Assembly (NCBI RefSeq): GCF_963921235.1
Contig: NC_086126.1
Location: 12,338,001-12,402,000 of the forward strand
DNA: 64,000 nucleotides
Origin: Mobula hypostoma
Lineage: Eukaryota
Direction of reading: 5' to 3'
Below, one piece after another: positions 38,582-51,835 of this stretch. Both the position numbers and the translations under genes were made by a program. The first letter of the stretch is position 1, and the number at the start of each line of letters is the position of its first letter. A model generated the notes under the pieces. The model searched no databases. It worked only from the letters and a program-made list of their open reading frames with translations, and was not told the DNA's origin.

Positions 38582-39167
38582 TTATTCTTGCGCAATAAAG
38601 CTTTTACATTCTGAGTCTGCCTGTGTTTGCAATGTTAACAGGGTAACTGGATGAATGAGGTGACCCCAGCACTGACCACCACGGGCTGTAGTGAGCACGG
38701 CGATCGCGGTTAGACCCTGCACCTTGATCGGAGCGACGGGTCTCGGTCAGTGGTGAAATTTCAAACGTGGCGGGCGTGTCTAACAATAGAGCGTTGACCT
38801 TTGAAAGGGGTCATGAGTAATTTCTTTAGCCAGAGCGATTCTTTGGAATTCTCTGCCACAGGCGGCTGTGGAGGCCAAGTCTTTATTTTTATTTAAGGCA
38901 GGGATTGAAAGATTATTGATTCATAGATTATTGATCGGTCAGTGCATGAAGAGATGGGGGAGTAGAAGGAGGTAGGACATTGGGGGATGATAGGGAAAAT
39001 GGTTGAAATGACGGAGCAGACTCGAAGGCCTAATTTTGCTCCTATATCTTATCGTCTTGAAACTATATTCATCAAGGAAATGACGGGCTGCATCACAGCC
39101 TGGCATGGGAACACCAAAACCTTTGAGTGGAAAATCCCACAGAAGGCAGTAGATTCGTCCCGGTCCA

Positions 39168-42100
39168 TCTATATACGTACTGTACCACTAGAGCTCTCAT
39201 GCTCTGTCTGTCTGTTTGTGACCTCCAATTAGCGCAAACGGTGCATTACAGCGGCACTTTCTTGGCTAAATAGAATTAAAATGCGCTAACTTACAGAATA
39301 CAGGCAAAGTTCCGGGTTACATATTAGTAAAAAATTGCTCATTCGCAAAAATCAACAGACTGGTTTTCACTCGAGACCCGATCAGCAATCATAGAAATCG
39401 GGACGCGACAGCCCGACGCATGCGCACGGCCAGCTTCTGCAGTGACACCTACCGGAGCAAAAGGGCAGGGCAGCTCTATTTCGAGGGGTCACATTCTGCT
39501 AATCACCACCAGCATGTGCAGGATTGGGACAGATCGAACCGCCACCCATCAGTAAGAGATAATTAAATCTTATTGTAATGACGTACTACGAGACACTCAT
39601 AAAACCCTTTGCTGCAGTCAAAGGACAGCGGTGACTATATCGCGTCCATTTAGGAGAGCGCCAACAATATCATCAAGAATAATCAGCATCCTTTGGTGTT
39701 ACTGCTTCGCATCTTCTATCCAGCATAAGGGTAAAAAAAAAATGGCCAGCCTAATTATGCCGCGAGAAAAGGGAAGGGGGACATTATGGTCATGAGGTGA
39801 CGCCAAACCTCGTCGGGAAGCGGCAAGGAGAGGGAGAGAACAAGAATCGGATGAGGCCAGGGCCGCATGACTCCAGAATCAAGGAGACAGGACAAAAACA
39901 GATGAGAGAAGAAGAGACAGAGGAGGAGAGGCATGCACAACTCCAGGATCAGAGACAAACAACAAAAGCAGAAGAGATGAAGAGACGGGGTATGAAAGGA
40001 CTGCACGTTTCCAGAATGACAATGAGAGGCAGATAAACCAGAAATGATGCCATCAAGTGAAGAGGAGCTATATTTCAAAAGGAAACCAAGAAGGTCATTA
40101 AGAGAGAAAAGATTAACTATGAAAGGAAGCTAGCAAGTAATATCGAAGAGGATACTAAAAGCTTTCTCAAGTATATAAAGAGTAACAGACAGGTGAGAGT
40201 AGATATAGGACCGATAGAAAATGATGCTGGAGAAATTGTAATGGGAGATGAGGAGATGGTAGAGGAACTGAACAAGTATTTTGCATCAGTCTTCACCGAG
40301 GAAGACAGCAGTATACCGGACGCTCAAGGGTGGCAGGGAAGAGAAGTGTGTGCAGTCACAATTACGACAGAGAAAGTACTCAGGAAGCTGAATAGGCTAA
40401 AGGTATATAAATCTCCTGGACCAGATGGAATGCACCCTCGTGTTCTGAAGGAAGTAGCTGTGGAGATTGCGGAGGCATTAGCGATGATCTTTCAAAAGTC
40501 GATAGATTCTGGCATGGTTCCGGAAGACTGGAAGATTGCAAATGTCACTCCGCTATTTAAGAAGGGGGCAAGGAAGCAAAAAGGAAATTATAGACCTGTT
40601 AGCTTGACATCCGTGGTTGGGAAGTTGTTGGAGTCGATTGTCAAGGATGAGGTTACAGAGTACCTGGAGGCGTATGACAAGATAGGCAGAACTCAGCATG
40701 GATTCCTTAAAGGAAAATCCTGCCTGACAAACCTATTACAATTTTTTGAGGAAATTACAAGTAGGCTAGACAAGGGAGATGCAGTGGATGTTGTATATTT
40801 GGATTTTCAGAAGGCCTTTGACAAGGTGCCACACATGAGGCTACTTAACAAGATAAGAGACATGGAATTACGGGAAAGTTACATACGTGGATAGAGAGTT
40901 GGCTGATTGGCAGGAACCAGAGAGTGGGAAAAAAGGGATCCTATTCTGGTTGGCTGCCGGTTACCAGTGGTGTTCCGCAGGATTCAGTGTTGGGGCCGTT
41001 TCTTTTTACATTGTACATCAACGATTTAGATTATGGAATAGATGGCTTTGTGGCTAAGTTTGTGACGATACGAAGAGTATCGTCACAAGAATGGGTGGAG
41101 GGGCCGGTAGTGCTGAGGAAACGGAGAGTCTGCAGAGAGACTTGGATAGATTGGAAGAATGGGCAGAGAAGTGGCAAATGAAGTACAATGTTGGAAAGTG
41201 CATGGTTATGCACTTTGGCAGAAAAAATAAACGGGCAGACGATCATTTAAATGGGGAAAGAATTCAAAATTCTGAGATGCAACGGGACTTGGGAGTCCTT
41301 GTACAGGATACCCTTAAACTTAACCTCCAGGTTGAGTCAGTAGTGAAGAAGGCGAATGCAATTTTGGCATTCATTTCTAGAGGAATAGAGTATAGGAGCA
41401 GGGATGTGATGTTGAGGCTCTATAAGGCGCTGGTGAGACCTCACTTGGAATACTGTGGGCAGTTTTGGTCTCCTTATTTAAGAAAGGATGTGCTGACGTT
41501 GGAGAGGGTACAGAGAAGATTCACTAGAATGATTCAGGGAATGAGAGGGTTAACATATGAGGAATGTTTGTCCGCTCTTGGACTGTATTCCTTGGAGTTT
41601 AGAAGAATGAGGGGAGACCTCATAGAAACATTTCGAATGTTAAAAGGCATGGACAGAGTGGATGTGGCAAAGTTGTTTCCCATGATGGGGGAGTCTAGTA
41701 CGAGAGGGTATGACTTAATGATTGAAGGGCGCCCTTTCAGAACAGAAATGCGAAGAAATTTCTTTAGTCAGAGGGTGGTGAATCTATGGAATTTGTTGCC
41801 ACGGGCAGCAGTGGAGGCCAAGTCATTGGGTGTATTTAAGGCAGAGATTGATAGGTATCTGAGTAGCCAGGGCATCAAAGGTTATGGTGAGAAGGCAGGG
41901 GAGTGGGACTAAATAGGAGAAAATGGATCAGCTCATGATAAAATGGCGGAGCAGACTCGATGGGCCGAATGGCCGACTTCTGCTCCTTTGTCTTATGGTC
42001 TTATGGTCTTATGGTCTATATTTCCTTTGCTACGCGTCGTCCTTCTTTAATAAACTGAGCTTTTCTACTTCAGTTTCCAAAGCAAAGCTAAACCAATAAC

Positions 42101-42190
42101 ATTCAGGAAAATTTAATGTTCATTCTGGTCACATCACACCGCACCACCCTTCTCTCAAAGGGTATCCCAACGGGTCGCCCCGTTGTCTAG
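39168..42190 (+). mobile_element. Non-autonomous (internally deleted) Helitron
   Basis: 5' TC(TATATA), 3' CTAG, subterminal hairpin CAACGGG-TCGC-CCCGTTG (42168-42185), inserted between A and T without TSD into a Rex/Babar fragment (TCCA|TCAC); charged ETEEERHAQLQDQR segment like RepHel N-termini. Confidence 0.8.
40077..42015 (+). mobile_element. 5'-truncated CR1 LINE nested in the Helitron
   Basis: RT ORFs 40193..40894 and 41091..41912; (TCTTATGG)n tail; TSD CTATATTTC at 40068-40076 and 42016-42024. Confidence 0.92.
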
Positions 42191-42880
42191 TCACCGGTAA
42201 AGCCCTTCCAACCATTGAGCAATCTGCATGAAACGCTGTTGTAGAAAAGCTGACTCCATCATCAGAGCTCCCCACCACACAGGCCGTGCTCTCTTCTCGG
42301 TCCTGTCATCAGGGAGAAAGTACAAGAGCCTCAGGACTCGCACCACGAGGTTCAGGATCAGTTACTACCCCTCAAGCATCAGGCTCTCGAAGAGAAGGGG
42401 GTAACTACATTCATCTATTGAGATGTGCCCACAACCAATGATCTCACTTTAAGGACCCTTTATCTCATGCTCTCGTTTTTAATTTATATTTCCACTTGCA
42501 CAGTTGTCTCCTGGACTAGGGTGGATCTTTCATTAATCCTCTTTACCGTTACTATTCTATAGATTTGCTGAGTAGGCCCGCAGGAAAATGAATCTCAGGG
42601 TTGTATGTCGTGATGCTGATAATAAATTTCACTTCAGCTTTGACTATAGCTTATCGAATGTCTTGTACGCTCAATGGCCACCACATCAGGTGCCACCTGT
42701 ATCTAAAAAAGTGTCCGCTGAGTGTATTTTCCTGATCTTCTGCTGTAGCCCGTCCGCTTCAAGGTTCGACATGTTGTGTGTTCAGAGATGCTCTTCCGCA
42801 CACCACTGTTGTAACGGGTGGTTATTTGAGTTACTGTCGCCTTCCTGTCAGCTTGAACCAGTCTGGCCATTCTCCTCTGG
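42191..42880. mobile_element. Remainder of the Rex1/Babar fragment (starts 39080-39167) plus Tc1 remnant
   Basis: Minus-strand RMARLVQADRKATVTQITTRYNSGVRKSISEHTTCRTLKRTGYSRR is Tc1 transposase-like. Confidence 0.75.
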
Positions 42881-43303
42881 TAACGAGAACAAAGTTGCCA
42901 GTGAGACACTGAATGAAGCTGGTGGATACAGAACAGTTTTATCCAACAAAATGAGACGCTCTCGGAGGAAGAGGCCTCCCGACCCAATACTCTGTGACAT
43001 TTTTATATGCTAGAGATCAAAGGCAAGAGCAGGACAATTCTATAGTTACAATGTATGTACAGTGCTTCCATTAGATTACATGTACTTTTCAATCACCTCC
43101 CACTTCGCGCCCACACTCCATCCACCCACAATGTGTGTTAATCAGCGTTATCCGGTTTGCAATCGACTCCAGCGCACGGCTCCAGGAGACCTATTGTTCA
43201 TGACTGCCCTTTGAATTCAATCTGCAATCCACGATCAGGTCTGTAGATAGGTCGCTGGTGAAATTACTATTTGCCATATACCCCAACTCCAGAATACGCC
43301 CAA

Positions 43304-44590
43304 TCAAAGCCCTGACAGCAGCGTGTGAAAAGATGGAAGGTGAGAAAGTAGACATTTATACTGATTCGGCACATGCGCATGGGATGGATCATTGTGCAAG
43401 GGGGGAAGCGATAAGGAAAATAAAGAAGGACGGTTTTTGGTTGGCGTATTTACAGGCTTCCGTAGATCATGTGCTGTCGCAGTGCGAGGTATGTGCACAG
43501 AATAATGTTCGGAAAGGAATTACAACCCCAATAGTTCATATACCCGTGCCCGAAGGGCCATTTAAACATTTAGTGATTGACTGCGTAGATATGATAAGGA
43601 CAGTAAGAGGGAAAAGATACATGTTAGTAGTAATTGATAGATTCAGTAGATGGGTAGAAGCGGTACCGTCGAAAGATCAAGGGGCAGGAACAGTGGTAAA
43701 ATTCCTGAGAAACGAGGTGATCCCAAGATTCGGAATACCTACAGAAGTCAGCTCAGACAATGGTTCAGCGTTTATCCAAAAGGTGGTCAAATTAGTATTG
43801 CAAGCACTAAGAATAAAGCAGAGGTTTGGATGCGTGTATCACCCTCAGTCGCAGGGCATGGTGAAAAGAATTAACGGGACTCTAAAAACCAAACTGAATA
43901 AAATTTGTACGGGTGCTAAACTCAACTGGATTGACGCGCTGCCGTTAGCGTTAATAAATTACCGCATGCAAACTAATCGATTGACGTGTCTAACACCGCA
44001 TGAAATGCTAACAGGAAGGCCCATGCTAGTGCCCAAGTGGAGAGGACCATACAAAGGGCCTAGCTTGGAACAATTGGAAGTAGAACTAAAAGAATACATG
44101 CAGCAGCTAACCATGATACATAAGTCTGTCTATGCACAGGAAAAACAGAAAGAGCCAGAGATCGTGCAAAGGGAAGAACCAATCAAACCAGGAGGTCAGG
44201 TTTATGTGCGAGTTTTTCGAAGAAAGTGGAACGAACCAAGAAGGGAAGGGCCTTTTACGGTAACCCAGGCTTCACCCACCGCAGTTCAATAGAGGGACGC
44301 TCCACCTGGTACTATCTGAATCACTGCACCAGAGCAGTCCCGCAGGTACAGTCAGGTGTGGAGCCCGAGGTAAGTGGTGAAGAGGAACGGATAGCAGGGG
44401 ACAGACAAGAGGAACAAGAAGCTGTCACTGTACCACAGGAGTTTGATCAGACCATAAGGGAAGATTTTGGTTTTGAGAACAGGTCTGGTGACCCTAAGGA
44501 TGGGGTTGTGGATAGTAGTACTCCTTCAGATAGTGAGGATGACTTGGGACCGACCAGTCTTGCCCCTTGGGATGATACACCCGCACACCC
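43304..44590 (+). pseudogene. pol: Endogenous retrovirus pol 3' part (RNase H remnant, integrase)
   Basis: DIYTDS (RNase H); H...CEVC zinc finger; IDCVD and SSDNG catalytic Asp motifs; SQGMVKR (expected catalytic Glu is Lys); GPF motif; stop at 44290-44292. Confidence 0.9.
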
Positions 44591-44594
44591 TTGT

Positions 44595-47117
44595 ATGGAC
44601 TTAGAAATCAGTAATTTAGCCGATATGGCATAGGAATGTTAGGACTCTGCAAACTTTAAAAGAAAGGAGTGAGCGGAGCGCAACAGTTATCTCTTTGCAG
44701 TGGCAGCAGACACGTACTAGCCAGTGGTACCAATGGGCACAATACACAGCAGGAATGATGGAGAGACAGAATTGTTACCTGTGCTCCAGGGCGAAGCCCG
44801 TGCAACACGTAGCCCCCATGCCTTATAACTCCTCCACCTGCACACAATGGCGAAAGGAGCGGAGGGGGGCAGTGTGCGTGGCAGTGTCCAAGTGTAGTCA
44901 AGACTTGCAGCATGGGAATTTGTAGCGGGACTGATCCTTGTTAACAGAAATGTATTGATAAAACCCCATATTGCCCTTATTGGTGTATGCAATCCCAAGC
45001 CTCCTCGCAATTCCATCGAAATGCACTCGCCCATAAATGTAATTATAGCAGCCCTTGGGCCATTAGTAAAAGAAGTTAGACCCCCGTCGTGGGAAAATTG
45101 ATAATGCAGGATCATTTGAATTATGAATGCGTTACACGTACAGGTGCTTTTTCGGTTGGCCATTTTAGGGGTAACTGTATCCAGACCTGGGATGTAACCC
45201 CAGGCCGAAGATACATGGTAGGTACCCCTCCACCCGAAGGTGCGTTGGATGTCCAGAACATCCCATTAGAGGACACTTGGTGGTTGTGCGGAATGGAGGA
45301 AGGCCTGAGATCCACGCTTCCCCTTAGTTGGGCAGGTGCATGTACACGGGTTTTGCTGATCCAAGAGGTTGTAGTATCCCCTGAGGTACAATTTGACGCT
45401 CCGAAGCAGCAGACACTGCGGCGGAAGAGGCGAAACTATGAACCTGACCCAACGATCCGAATCGATAGTATAGGACAACCAAGAGGGATACCTAACGAGT
45501 TTAAGGCAAGAAACGAGATTGCTGCTGGCTGGGAAGCGATTATACCTGTGATAGGGGTTAGCAAAAACGTTGAGTGGATAAATTATATATATTATAATCA
45601 ACAGAGATTTATTAACTACACCGATGATGCGCTGGAGGCACTAGGGGAACAGCTGGATGCAACTAGTCGAGTGGCGTGGCAGAATAGACAGGTGTTAGAC
45701 TGGCTGTTGGCAGAAAAAGGAGGAGTTTGTGTAATGTTTGGAGAACAGTGCTGTACTTTTATACCAAATAACACTAGTCCGGAGGAATCATTTACCAGAG
45801 CAATGAACAAATTGAAAAGTCTGAGAGGAGAGGTTAGACAGAACGCAGGGTTTGGACATCAGTTAGTTGACTGGTTAGATGGTAAACTAGGGGGATGGGG
45901 AGCATGGCTAACCAAGATAGCGATAACTGTAGGTATTGTATTGGTAAGCTGTGCAATTGTTTTGTGAATGCAGCAGGCGAGGCAGCATCTGTAGGAAGAG
46001 GTGCAGTCGACGTTTCAGGCCGAGACCCTTCGTCGGGACTAATTGAAGGAAGAGTGAGTAAGGGAATTGAAAGCTGGAGGGGGAGGGGGAGATCCAAAAT
46101 GATAGGAGAAGACAGGAGGGGGAGGGATGGAGCCAAGAGCTGGACAGGTGATAGGCAAAAGGGGATACGAGAGGATCATGGGACAGGAGGTCCGGGAAGA
46201 AAGACAAGGGGGGGGTGACCCAGAGGATGGGCAAGAGGTATATTCAGAAGGACAGAGGGAGAAAAAGGAGAGTGAGAGAAAGAATGTGTGCATAAAAATG
46301 AGTAACAGATGGGGTACGAGGGGGAGGTGGGGCATAAGCGGAAGGTGGGTAGCCTCCAACCTGATGGCATGAACATCGGCTTCTCTAACTTCCGCTAAGG
46401 CCCCACCTCCCCCTCGTACCCCATCTGTTACTCATTTTTATGCACACATTCTTTCTCTCACTCTCCGTTTTCTCCCTCTGTCCCTCTGAATATACCTCTT
46501 GCCCATCTTCTGGGTCACCCCCCCCCCCTTGTCTTTCTTCCCGGACCTCCTGTCCCATGATCCTCTCGTATTCCCTTTTGCCTATCACCTGTCCAGCTCT
46601 CGGCTCCATCCCTCCCCCTCCTGTCTTCTCCTATCATTTTGGATCTCCCCCTCCCCCTCCCACTTTCAAATCCCTTACTCACTCTTCCTTCAGTTAGTCC
46701 TGACGAAGGGTCTCGGCCTGAAAAGTCGACTGCACCTCTTCCTACGGATGCCGCTTGGCCTGCTGCGTTCACCAGCAACTTTGATGTGTGTTGCTTGAAT
46801 TTCCAGCATCTGCAGAATTGCTGTTGTTTTCAATTGTTTTGTGCTGTTTTCTTCCGGGTCTCAATTCTCTTATAGTGCAGACCGCATCAAAACGCTTTCC
46901 GATGCTCCTGGAAATTGCTGAATCAAGCCCAGTGGAAAGAGAAATACCGATGATGTACTGTTACAGCTTACGCGACATGCAGATGTACAGGAGCGAAATG
47001 ATAATGTGGCAGCAGACTGTAAAGGCTCCTGAGTGTTCTTTCCTGTCTCAGACACGAAGGGACAGGATTTTGGCTCAGTGGCCTAGGAAGGTAGGGAGAG
47101 AACACTTCGAGTTCTAA
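44595..47117 (+). pseudogene. env: ERV env (gamma-type), frameshifted and interrupted by a PLE insertion; start approximate
   Basis: SU CYLC (CxxC), furin site RRKRR, ISD QNRQVLDWLLAEKGGVC, CX6CC (CVMFGEQCC), TM IAITVGIVLVSCAIVL, resuming as CCFLPGL... after 46831 to the stop at 47117. Confidence 0.9.
45967..46830. mobile_element. Inverted PLE-end pair inserted in the env TM
   Basis: Flanked by duplicated CAATTGTTTTGTG (45954-45966 and 46831-46843); hammerhead-like motifs near 46005-46040(-) and 46696-46731(+). Confidence 0.85.
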
Positions 47118-47239
47118 GCACAAGAAGTTATAGTTTGTCCCAGATTTGGGAGTAAATTCTGGAGTTTATTTGAGCTTTTGTGTGTAGACTCGTAGATTCC
47201 TCTCTCTATGTGAGACTTTGTAAGTCTCAACGGAGGGAT

Positions 47240-47725
47240 TATATTGGAAAACATTTTAACTCTGTTTTCTAAACGTTTATTTTAAGTGTGCTTTTATTGC
47301 GTATCAGGTGTTTATTCAGATGTTGACCATGCCTTTACTATGCATTAAATGTCTGTTACTCAGTGCGTGGGATTATTATGGTATTTGGGGTGTAATCTCT
47401 GAATGAAACCTGTTTACTTTTCACTCCTCGAGAAAAACGAATGTAGCCAAGTAAGAGAGATAAGACTAATTGATTTATTAGCTAAAGTGAAACTTACAGA
47501 GGTATGCTAATAGCAACACAACCAAACAACAAGAAACATATGCTAATATGTTAATGCTGCTAACCCAGAAGGGGTGCTATAAAGAATGCTGTGTGAAAAC
47601 ATCGACAGGCATTCAGTGGTAGACTTACAGAGCCTAGTCCACTGTCTGTCTCAGCTTTACTTGCAAATTAAAGTTTAAAATTTCTTGGAGAATCTTCGGC
47701 GCCTCCTTGTCATTTGTAAAAACCA
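47240..47725 (+). mobile_element. Putative 3' LTR of the ERV
   Basis: Follows a PPT-like AACGGAGGGA; TATAAA at 47578, ATTAAA at 47667, ends in CA where host-unit sequence resumes. No second LTR to confirm. Confidence 0.5.
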
Positions 47726-47734
47726 TGGCAAAAC

Positions 47735-48396
47735 CTGCGTGAAACGCAGTTGTAGGAAAGCTGACTCGATCATCAGAGACTCCCACCACCCAGGCCGTGC
47801 TCTCTTCTCGCTGCTGCCATCCGCTAGGAGGTACAGGAGCCTCAGGACTTGCACCACCAGGTTCAGGAACAGTTGCTACCCCTGAACGATCAAGATCTCG
47901 AACAAAAGGGGATAACTACACTCATCTGTTGAGATGCCCCCACAAACAATGATCTCACTTTAAGGGCTCTTTATCTCATGTTCTCGTTATTTATTGATAT
48001 TTGCATTTGCACAGTTTGTTGTCTTCTGCTCTCTGGTTAATCTTTCACTGATCCTGTTTACAGTTACTATTCTATAGATTTGCTTGAGTATACCCGCAGG
48101 AAAATGAATCTCAGGGTTGTATGTTGTGACCCTGATAATAAATTTCACTTTTCCTTTGACAACAGCTTATCGAATGTCTTGTACACTCAATGGCCACTAC
48201 ATCAGGTGCCTCCTGTATCTAAAAAAACTGGCCGCTGAGTGTATGTTCAGGATCTTCTGCTGTAGCCCGTCCACTTCAAGGTTCCACGTGTTGTGTGTTC
48301 AGAGATGCTCTTCCGCATACCACTGTTGTAACGGGTGGTTATTTGAGTTACTGTCGCATTCCTGTCAGCTTGAACCAGTCTGGCCATTCTCCTCTG
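47735..48396. mobile_element. Rex1/Babar fragment plus Tc1 remnant (unit start)
   Basis: SIIRDSHHPGRALFSLLPSARRYRSLRT; minus-strand RMARLVQADRNATVTQITTRYNSG. Confidence 0.75.
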
Positions 48397-49229
48397 GTAA
48401 TGAAAACAAAGTTGCCAGTGAGACACTGAATGAAGCTGGTGGATACAGAACAGTTTTATCCAACAAAATGCGACGCTCTCGGAGGAAGAGGCCTCCCGAC
48501 CCAATACTCTGTGACATTTATATATGGTAGAGATCAAAGGCAAGAGAAGGACCATTCTATAGTTACAATGTATCTACAATGCTTCCATTAGATTACATGT
48601 AGTTTTCAATCACCTCCCACTTCGTGCCCACACTACAGACACCCACACTATGTGTTAAGCAGCGTTATCCGGTTTGCAATCGACTCCAGCGGACGGCTCC
48701 AGGTGACCTATTGTTCAGGACTGCACTTTCAATTCAATCTACAATCCACGTTCAGGTCTGAAGATTGGTCGCTGGTGAAATTACTATTTGCCAATACCCC
48801 AAATCCAGAATACGCCCAACCACTCCAACCACTGATGAGCAAGCTGTTTTGCCCACAGAACAATCACTTATTGAATGTTTTGTTTCTGTTTTTGCGGGGG
48901 TTTTTTTGCACATTTCTCTGAAACGAGGTGCGGTGAACAAAAGGGCGTTTTGTGCGCAAAATCATTCAGAACACCAGCGCTAGACTTTGAGGGAGAACAT
49001 CATTCCTCCCGACCTACTCTGCAATGGCTTCCTGGATGTTTTGGTACAGATCTTAAGGTTTCCTTACTTCTTTTTAAAGTTCTTAATGGTCTGAGATCGA
49101 AGTCTATATCAGAGAATGTACATCAAAGGACCATTTTTGTTTTAAATCCCGCTTGAGCTCTCGGGTCTTTTCCCACTGGACTCTTAGTATTATTTTACAG
49201 TTCCCATGCCTTCTCTCTTCTCCGTAACC

Positions 49230-51690
49230 TTCGACTCCCTGGCCCTGACCACCTCATCTTTACCTTGGATGTTCACTCTCTCTTCCTCCCTTCCATCTCG
49301 CCCCCGCCCAATCAGGAAGGCTTCAAAGCCTTTCCGCTGCTTCCTTGACAGAAGAACCACCCAATCCCACTCCAGCACCATCCTCCTCCGCCTGGCAGAC
49401 CCGGTCCGCTCTCCTCTCTCTCTCTCTGAACCTAAAGAGTAGTCAAGGGCGCCGGCACGGGCCTGACCTATGCCTGCCCGTTCATGTCGGCTGCACAGAA
49501 CGGCCTATGCTCGAAGGTTTCCCCGATTCTAACCCCCAACTCCTCCCTCGCGACTCTGACGACAGCATCGGCGCCGTTTCATCCACCCACGCTGAGCTCG
49601 TCAATTTTATCAACCTTGGCTTTAACTTCCACCCGGCCCTTACATTCACTTGGTTTATCTCTGACACCTCCCTCCCCATACTCCTTCTCTTTGTCTCTGT
49701 ATACAAACAGTCAACTGATATCTTTTATAGACCTGATCCCCACGGTTATCTTGACCACAACTCTTCCCACCCAGTCTCCGGGAAAAATAGTATTTGCTCT
49801 TCTCAGTCTCTTCACCTTCAGTACGAGGCTTTCCATTCCAGGACATCAGAGATGTCCTCCTTCTTTAAAGAACGCCCCCCCCCCTCCATTATTGATGCTG
49901 CCCTCACCCGCATCTCTTCCGTTTCCCGATCATCCACGCTCACACCATCTTCCCGCTGTCTTAATAGTGACCGAGTCCCTTTTGATCTTGCATACCTCTC
50001 CGTCAGCTCCCACACCCAACACATCATCGTCCACAACTTCCACTGCCCCCGCCCCCAACACTCTACTTTCCACAGGGATCGCTCCCTCCATAATTCCCTT
50101 ATCCATTCATCCCTCCCCACTAATCTCCCTCCAGGAACTTACCCCTGAAAGTGGCCTAACCTGCCCAATCACCCCTACTGAGAACCCCAAACTGTCCATC
50201 CAGGTGAGGCAGCACGTCACTTGCGAATCAGCTGGAGTCGTCAATTGTATTTGGTGCTCCTGTCGCAGCCTCCTCTACGTCGGTGAAATATGGAAGAAAG
50301 TGTCAAACTCGAATGGGTCGAGGTTTTTTGAAACAGACAAAGCAATTGTCTTTGTTCTTGCCATGTGCTTGACGGAATGGAGTCCGCCATTTTGTGAGGC
50401 TGCCCTGTAGCCTCCATCTTGTGAACTGTTTGAGAACTTATTCTTCCTCAGGGGTAATCGAATCAGAGCAATTGAACGTTGTGACAATGAGTTTCTGCTA
50501 AACCTGAATCATTCTCACATAAGCTGTGTATTGAGTACAATGGCAGCTTTGCAGAAGTCGTCTCGGTACGTCGGCCCACTATCTAAGTGACCTGGTTTGA
50601 ACAAGAATAGAAGGAGACATGAGAAGCTGTGTAGCTGTCGGACTATATCCAGTGGGAAGGTGTTATAGGACAGTCAGATGACGCTGACACTGAAAGCAAC
50701 ATTTGAACTGGAATGGAATGAAAAGAAAGCAGAGGCTTCAAATGCATCATAGCGATGACCTCGAAGAGTCATCATCGCAAGGAAGAAAGTGCATGCCAGG
50801 GGCTGGGAGAAGAAGGATATGACTTCTGAACAATGGGAGATTCCCGATTGTTGTGATTTGAAGTGGAGGAGCGGTTTGAATGAGTATTGGTACACAGAGG
50901 AGAGTAAAATTCATGTTTTAAGTTGTTGGCCTGTCACATTCTTGTTCTTCCAGAGGCGAATAAGTGCAAGATTCGACCAATTACAAGTTACGTGGTGAGT
51001 TTCCCGGCCTAGTTTAGCTGACGAACAGTCAACACTGTAGGAAACTAGGAGGCCACTTCCAGCACCTGCACCACCACCACCTCCGTCTGCCACAAGAGGG
51101 ACTCGCCGTGGCCGAAACTCTTAATTCCGATTTCTATTCCCGTTTCCGTTCTGGCTTGTCGGTCCAAGGCCAAACTGTGCCAAAATGTGGACACCCTCAG
51201 AGTGGAGAAACAACACCTTATATTCCGTCTGGGAAGCCTTCACCACAATGTCATGAATATTAATTTCTCCTTGTGGTATTATAACGTTCCCCACCCTCTT
51301 CTTCATCTTCCCAACTCTGACCATTCACTTCTTATTATCTCCACCAGATTCCCCTCCTCCATCCCTTCCCTATGGTCCACTCTCCCCTCCCCTCTGGTTC
51401 CTTCCTCTCTCCCACTCACCCGGCTTCACCTATCACCTTCCAGCTAGCGTCCGTCCCCTCGCTCCAGCTGCTTATCCAGACGTCTTTCCCATTCCCTCTC
51501 AGTCCTGAAGAAATCTCTTGGCCCAAAACCTCTCTTTTCCATAGTCCTCACGAAGGGTCTCGACCCGAAACTTCGATTATACTTTCTTTTTCCGCATAGA
51601 CGCTGCCTGGCCTGCTGAGTTCCTCCAGCATTTTGTGTTTGTGTGTGCGTTGCTTTGGATTTCCAGCATCTGCCCCTTTCACGTGTTTGC
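49230..51690 (+). mobile_element. Degenerate PLE (RT, interrupted GIY-YIG, 3' end)
   Basis: ORF 49345..50148 has PLE RT motifs; LLYVGE; KQHLIFRLGSL. Confidence 0.75.
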
Positions 51691-51835
51691 AATGTCACAA
51701 AAAGACGTGGTGAGTTTGTGGATTTGTGGGCGGAAGTCCCGCAGAAAGCTGACGTGGCCAGAGCGGTTCGGAGTGACGAGCGAAGGGCGGAGGAAGAGAC
51801 GCCAGCACCTGTTATTTGCTTTACTGCGGAGGAAG

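Noticed and set aside
45089-45967. Domesticated (syncytin-like) env
   Set aside because: Upstream SU is frameshifted, no intact signal peptide is evident, and the TM is disrupted by an insertion.
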